From assembly GCA_964504985.1 (NCBI GenBank), contig CAZDFU010000003.1:822-64821 (forward strand): DNA of 64,000 bases, given 5' to 3'. A program made the position numbers and the translations under genes. Shown here piece after piece: positions 60,038 to 64,000 of the stretch; within the stretch, counting starts at the first letter, position 1, and each line of letters begins with the position of its first letter. The notes below the pieces were generated by a model. It saw only the letters and a program-made list of their open reading frames with translations, ran no database searches and was not told the DNA's origin. Origin of the DNA: an uncultured Gammaproteobacteria bacterium. GTDB lineage: Bacteria; Patescibacteriota; Microgenomatia; Daviesbacterales; UBA10151.

Positions 60038-62122
60038 TTAGATTTTTTTATAATATTCTTCAACTCTTTTTGCTATTTCAGTTAAAGGTAAGCCATTCTC
60101 TTTCCCATGTGTTTCTAATTCAGGATCAGTTGGTTCAAATATCCATGATTGAAAGCCTATCATGCCGGGATTATTTTGCGTGTTTTGGCCTTTATCGTCA
60201 ATAATCGGTACATCAAAAAGTTTTTTGAAAATGGGAGCAATTCGTTTACCTGAGGCGATATCAAAAGGTTCAAAATCATCATCATTAAATTCCCTCTCAT
60301 GTTCCAAACTATAATCTACAAAATCAGCTACAACTTGCGCAATAATATCTTCTTTTTGCTTATAATCATGTTCACCTCCTGCGATAAGGTAATTTTGCTG
60401 TGCCATTAAAACAATGTCATCCTGCCATAAACCAAAATCAGTTAGATATTTCTGTATGCGATCTCTTGCAGTTGCATCTGTACAGATAACAACAGTACCT
60501 ACTTTACGTAACCTATCTAGAAGCTCTTTCGCTTCAGGATTTGGAACTTTCGGCCCATCGTTGTTTATAAGAACATTATTTAGATCAACCACAATAGGTT
60601 TAGGAATTGTGCGTAATAACTCTAAGGCTTTTTTATCCCAAGCAAAGCCCCTCTTTTCAAAATAACCATTCAATTCAGCGATAGTACCTTTCAAGTTCTC
60701 CTGCTCTGAAGCTTCTTGTTGAGATTCAGCAGGTTTCTCTAAATAAGCCCTAGCAAGTAGCCCGTCTGATACGACACGGAGCGCAGTATCCTTACCGCCC
60801 TCTGTTACTGCCTTCCGTATTCGATCGATATCAGATTCTCTAAAAGAGGCCATGCCAATATGCTGATTTATGATTTCGTATAATTCTGGTCTCGCATTCC
60901 ATAGCATGTCCGCGTGTGCAGAATTAGGCATGATAGCTGAATGAGTAAGTTGAACATCGGACCCCTCTATAAAAGCACCTAAAAAATTTTCTGGAGGATG
61001 AGCATCCTTGGTCAGTACCCCAAGGTATATACCAACTGTTCTTTCGGGGGTTTGTGGAACAAGAGTGATTGGTTCTCTTCTATAAAGGGCGTTTTGGTGT
61101 CCATAAGATGTCTTATGCCAGGTCTGGAAAGTTTCATCATGTTTTGTAAAAAAACGAACTTTCCTTGTAGCATCAAAAACACCGTTAACGATGGCCGATT
61201 GAGCGAGTAGTTCTGGAGCAGTGTTTGTCTCCCGCTCTTCTTGATCTATAGTTGTTGGTATTTTACTCGATATTTGTTTCGGTGAAGGACGTACCTGTAC
61301 TAGATTATAGAAGCTAGGAATGTTCGGGTCAAAGATCAGCTCTAATTGAACACCAAAATCAATCCCTGTTTTTTTAATAGCAGCAAATAAATCAACAACA
61401 AAGGGATTTGCTGCCAAGTCGTTATATCCGAGAAGAGATTTATGAAAGCTTCTGGTGGGAATAATTGGTTCGCCAGTTTCTGCATCCCAAGCTCCTACAC
61501 CAGCTTCCGCATCCTCTGTAGCGGATGTAAACGCTCTCCCGCGCTCATTGCCAGAAGCTACTCTGGCAACCACCTTTCCTTCTAATGAACTATAACCGAT
61601 GTCTATTACTAAGCCTATCCCTTTAAGTGCATTCTGCACAACAAATGGTATTTCTGGTAATTCGCTACGTTTTTGCGCATCTTCAAACTTTCTTCGTGTG
61701 TCGTAATCAGTTAAGTTAAAGCTTCTAAATGTACCACTTTGACCATCAAGCCAATCTTCAGTAAGAGAAGAGCTGCGAAACATTGCGTTAGGATGAGCGG
61801 CAGGATGGACAGATTTAACATCTTTGACTATAGACCACCCGGGCACATCAAGCCCTACACCTGACGAAGATCGTCGAAAATTTTCACTAATCATCTTGCA
61901 AACTACTAACCCAAAAGCTTTCCCCCCTCCGTTGCGTAACGTATTTTCAAGACCTTCTTTAGTGTGTGGATATCGGGCAAGTCGAGTAGTAAAAGCATCG
62001 AGGTTTGCTTGCGTATACTGCCATCTATCCAAAGCAAACTCTGGCTTTTCTGAGTTTTCTGATTCGTGCCTGACAGCGTATTGCTCTGGTGTGGTTGCTG
62101 GTTGTGGTTCATTCATACTCAA
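60038..62122 (-). CDS. PEP-utilising-enzyme N-terminal (PPDK/PEP-synthase ATP-grasp)-like domain fused to C-terminal HAD-like domain (694 aa)
   Basis: GGGKAFGL, VPGWSIV, MFRSSSLTEDWLDGQSGTFRSFNL (cf. RSSATAEDLP..SFAGQ..T). C-terminal IVVDLNNVLI...VVICTDA...K(x)nDFVD HAD-like arrangement with degenerate motif I. Confidence 0.5.
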   Translation of the reverse strand: MSMNEPQPATTPEQYAVRHESENSEKPEFALDRWQYTQANLDAFTTRLARYPHTKEGLENTLRNGGGKAFGLVVCKMISENFRRSSSGVGLDVPGWSIVKDVKSVHPAAHPNAMFRSSSLTEDWLDGQSGTFRSFNLTDYDTRRKFEDAQKRSELPEIPFVVQNALKGIGLVIDIGYSSLEGKVVARVASGNERGRAFTSATEDAEAGVGAWDAETGEPIIPTRSFHKSLLGYNDLAANPFVVDLFAAIKKTGIDFGVQLELIFDPNIPSFYNLVQVRPSPKQISSKIPTTIDQEERETNTAPELLAQSAIVNGVFDATRKVRFFTKHDETFQTWHKTSYGHQNALYRREPITLVPQTPERTVGIYLGVLTKDAHPPENFLGAFIEGSDVQLTHSAIMPNSAHADMLWNARPELYEIINQHIGMASFRESDIDRIRKAVTEGGKDTALRVVSDGLLARAYLEKPAESQQEASEQENLKGTIAELNGYFEKRGFAWDKKALELLRTIPKPIVVDLNNVLINNDGPKVPNPEAKELLDRLRKVGTVVICTDATARDRIQKYLTDFGLWQDDIVLMAQQNYLIAGGEHDYKQKEDIIAQVVADFVDYSLEHEREFNDDDFEPFDIASGKRIAPIFKKLFDVPIIDDKGQNTQNNPGMIGFQSWIFEPTDPELETHGKENGLPLTEIAKRVEEYYKKI

Positions 62123-62304
62123 TACACCTTTAATGATTATACAACACAGTTATAGGTTCTGCAGGAGTAGAGCTTCGGTTTTTTCAAGATATACGCAGTC
62201 CTTGCTATTCCTGATAATAAAAATGATGTTTATAGTATTCCCTCACAACTTCATATATAATTCACATAGAAACTCAACAGGTGAAGTTTAGAGAAGAAAG
62301 GTCC

Positions 62305-62550
62305 TTAGTTTTTGGATCTGTTATTTAAGACTTCTGTGGCTACTTTTTGCATTTCAGTTACCAAAGATTCAATATATTCTTGGTTATTTATCTTTTCTGG
62401 TGTATATTTTGCAACATTTTCTTTAACAATTTCCGTAGTTTTGATGCGATCTGAAACTACTGCATGTAAAGTCTCGCTGTTTAACGATTCACATAATTCT
62501 TTGCAGAATTGATAGTTCGGGTTTGATTGCAAATCATCTGGTACACTCAT
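62305..62550 (-). CDS. Hypothetical small protein (81 aa), divergent from XRE regulator
   Basis: ORF; Cro-like position. Confidence 0.35.
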   Translation of the reverse strand: MSVPDDLQSNPNYQFCKELCESLNSETLHAVVSDRIKTTEIVKENVAKYTPEKINNQEYIESLVTEMQKVATEVLNNRSKN

Positions 62551-62575
62551 GAGGCAATTCTAGCAAAGTCAGACT

Positions 62576-62806
62576 GTGAGCGCAAACTATCTCGATAAGA
62601 TGTATAATATAGATGTTATGGGTTTCAAAGAAGATAACGCTAAGAAATTTAAAAAAGCTCGGGAGGATCAGAGTCTTACTCAAGCTCAAGTTGCTAAAAG
62701 GGCAAAAATAAGCACCAATTACTACGCACGAATTGAGAGAGCTGATCCTGAAGCCAGAGGGAATGTTTTAGATAGAATTGCGAAGGCTCTAGGGGTAAAG
62801 CTATAA
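62576..62806 (+). CDS. XRE-family helix-turn-helix transcriptional regulator
   Basis: LTQAQVAKRAKISTNYYARIERA (Cro/C1 HTH). Confidence 0.7.
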   Translation: MSANYLDKMYNIDVMGFKEDNAKKFKKAREDQSLTQAQVAKRAKISTNYYARIERADPEARGNVLDRIAKALGVKL

Positions 62807-63013
62807 AACTTTCTTTCATCTGAATTTTTTAATATAATACGATTTGGAATAACGAATGCCCTCGGGTGAGTAGTTTTCGCTTTCTGTCTCCTCTTGCTCT
62901 GGGTAAGCAAGCATGATTTTATAAATCCAAGGCAGAAAGTGTTCAAAAGAAAGTCGCTCAGGGGCACTTAAATTCTATGGACGGTTAGCTCAGGAAGAGC
63001 GCTTCGCTCTGAT

Positions 63014-63086
63014 GGAGTCGTAGCTCAGTTGGTAGAGCGTCTGATTTACATTCAGAAGGTCACAGGTTCGAGACCTGTCGGCTCCA
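63014..63086 (+). tRNA. tRNA-Val (anticodon TAC)
   Basis: GGAGTCGTAGCTCAGTTGGTAGAGCGTCTGATTTACATTCAGAAGGTCACAGGTTCGAGACCTGTCGGCTCCA. Confidence 0.85.
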
Positions 63087-63171
63087 CATTCGAAGATGGC
63101 GGGGGTTCAAATCCCTCAGTACCCACTTGATTCCAGTGGCACTGCCCTGTGATATACTAAATCTTACTTTT

Positions 63172-64000
63172 ATGTGCGGGATATTTGGTTATGTTGGCCC
63201 TAAAAATGCTCCTGAAATTATTTTGGAAGGATTAAAAAGGCTTGAATATAGAGGTTATGATTCCTGGGGAATTGCTGTTACTGCAGATGTTATCAGCGTT
63301 AATAAGCAAATAGGAGCTATAGGTGACCTTGATAAATTAGCCTCTTTGCCCCCTTCTTCTGCAGGAATTGGCCATACCCGTTGGGCCACCCATGGTGCAA
63401 TAACCCAACCTAATGCTCACCCTCATTCCTCTACTGATAAAAGTTTTGTCCTGGCCCAAAATGGGATAGTTGAAAATTACCAGAAATTAAAAAAAGAACT
63501 TATTAAAAAAGGTTATAAATTTGAGAGTGAGACAGACACAGAAGTAATTGTCAGACTTATTGAAGACAAACGGGGTTCAAAAGATGATTTACAAGAGGCT
63601 GTCAGAGAGGCTTTTTTAGAACTGGAGGGCAGAAATACCATTATTGTTTTAACTAAAGACGGACAAATTATCTCTTGCAGGAATGGTTCCCCTTTGGTAA
63701 TTGGTAACAATAAAGAAGAAATGTTTTTTTCCTCAGATACCCTTTCCTTTGCTCCATACTCAAATTCAGTACTGGTTGTGGAAAATGGGCAAATGGTTTG
63801 TTGGAATGGAAAGCTGGAGGTAAGGGATATAAAAACAAATAAATCCTTGCCTGTTCATTTTGAGAAGATCAATTTTAAAAGCAGTAAAGTTGATAAAGAA
63901 GGCTATGATCACTTTATGTTAAAAGAAATTTCTGAAAGTCCTTATGTTATAAATCAGGTTATAAACCAGGTTGAAGATATAATTTCCTTAGCCAAAGTTA
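63172..64000 (+). CDS. glmS: Glutamine--fructose-6-phosphate aminotransferase (partial, runs off window end)
   Basis: MCGIFGYVG (N-terminal nucleophile Cys2), RLEYRGYDSWGIAV, GIGHTRWATHG. Confidence 0.9.
   Translation, partial: MCGIFGYVGPKNAPEIILEGLKRLEYRGYDSWGIAVTADVISVNKQIGAIGDLDKLASLPPSSAGIGHTRWATHGAITQPNAHPHSSTDKSFVLAQNGIVENYQKLKKELIKKGYKFESETDTEVIVRLIEDKRGSKDDLQEAVREAFLELEGRNTIIVLTKDGQIISCRNGSPLVIGNNKEEMFFSSDTLSFAPYSNSVLVVENGQMVCWNGKLEVRDIKTNKSLPVHFEKINFKSSKVDKEGYDHFMLKEISESPYVINQVINQVEDIISLAKV

Larger units (their letters stand above)
57018..62990. mobile_element. Putative integrative element adjacent to tRNA-Leu(GAG): serine integrase, cargo genes, Cro/cI-like regulators; right end near tRNA-Val with tRNA-like fragments
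   Basis: Large serine recombinase stop codon overlaps tRNA 3' end. Divergent HTH regulator pair. Degraded GNAT. tRNA fragments at 62986-63013 and 63087-63130. Confidence 0.5.

Overview
The window is a low-GC (~35%), AT-rich, gene-dense bacterial fragment with hallmarks of a reduced Patescibacteria/CPR-like genome. These include an archaeal-type TyrRS, a short-form PheT, many small hypothetical proteins and an F-type ATP synthase.

Core content:
- recG, partial at the window edge
- tyrS
- the F-type ATP synthase operon atpB-E-F-H-A-G-D, with atpC displaced about 5 kb downstream
- a thrS-infC-rpmI-rplT-pheS-pheT operon
- class A PBP (likely PBP1A), gatD/murT, yvcK and glmS (partial)
- a cluster of four GT2 domains in three genes, plus a cellulose-synthase-like GT2
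- Crp/Fnr regulator and an orphan histidine kinase
- five tRNAs: Val-GAC, Leu-TAG, Leu-CAG, Leu-GAG and Val-TAC

Accessory or unusual content:
1. A 5-kb insertion splitting atpD from atpC. It carries a signal-peptidase-I/CAP-domain fusion and two divergent beta-carbonic-anhydrase-like genes, and is flanked by a short palindromic repeat family.
2. The same repeat family inserted in-frame inside gatD, RPE-like.
3. A mazEF cassette bracketed by direct repeats, next to a two-gene module of an uncharacterised 278-aa protein plus a DEAH SF2 helicase with a triplicated C-terminal domain. This is a candidate Hachiman-like defence module.
4. A 0.87-kb GC-rich non-coding region that is probably a structured RNA.
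5. A four-gene operon in which a PP2C phosphatase and an LCP-like membrane protein share a paralogous N-terminal domain.
6. A secreted protein with six tandem cysteine-rich repeats.
7. A 1044-aa surface protein with a perfect 427-bp tandem duplication.
8. A roughly 6-kb tRNA-Leu-associated integrative element. It encodes a large serine recombinase, a PPDK-N ATP-grasp/HAD-like fusion protein, a frameshifted GNAT and a Cro/cI-like regulator pair.

No CRISPR array or rRNA was seen. All functional calls rest on motif-level reading of the translations without database searches.
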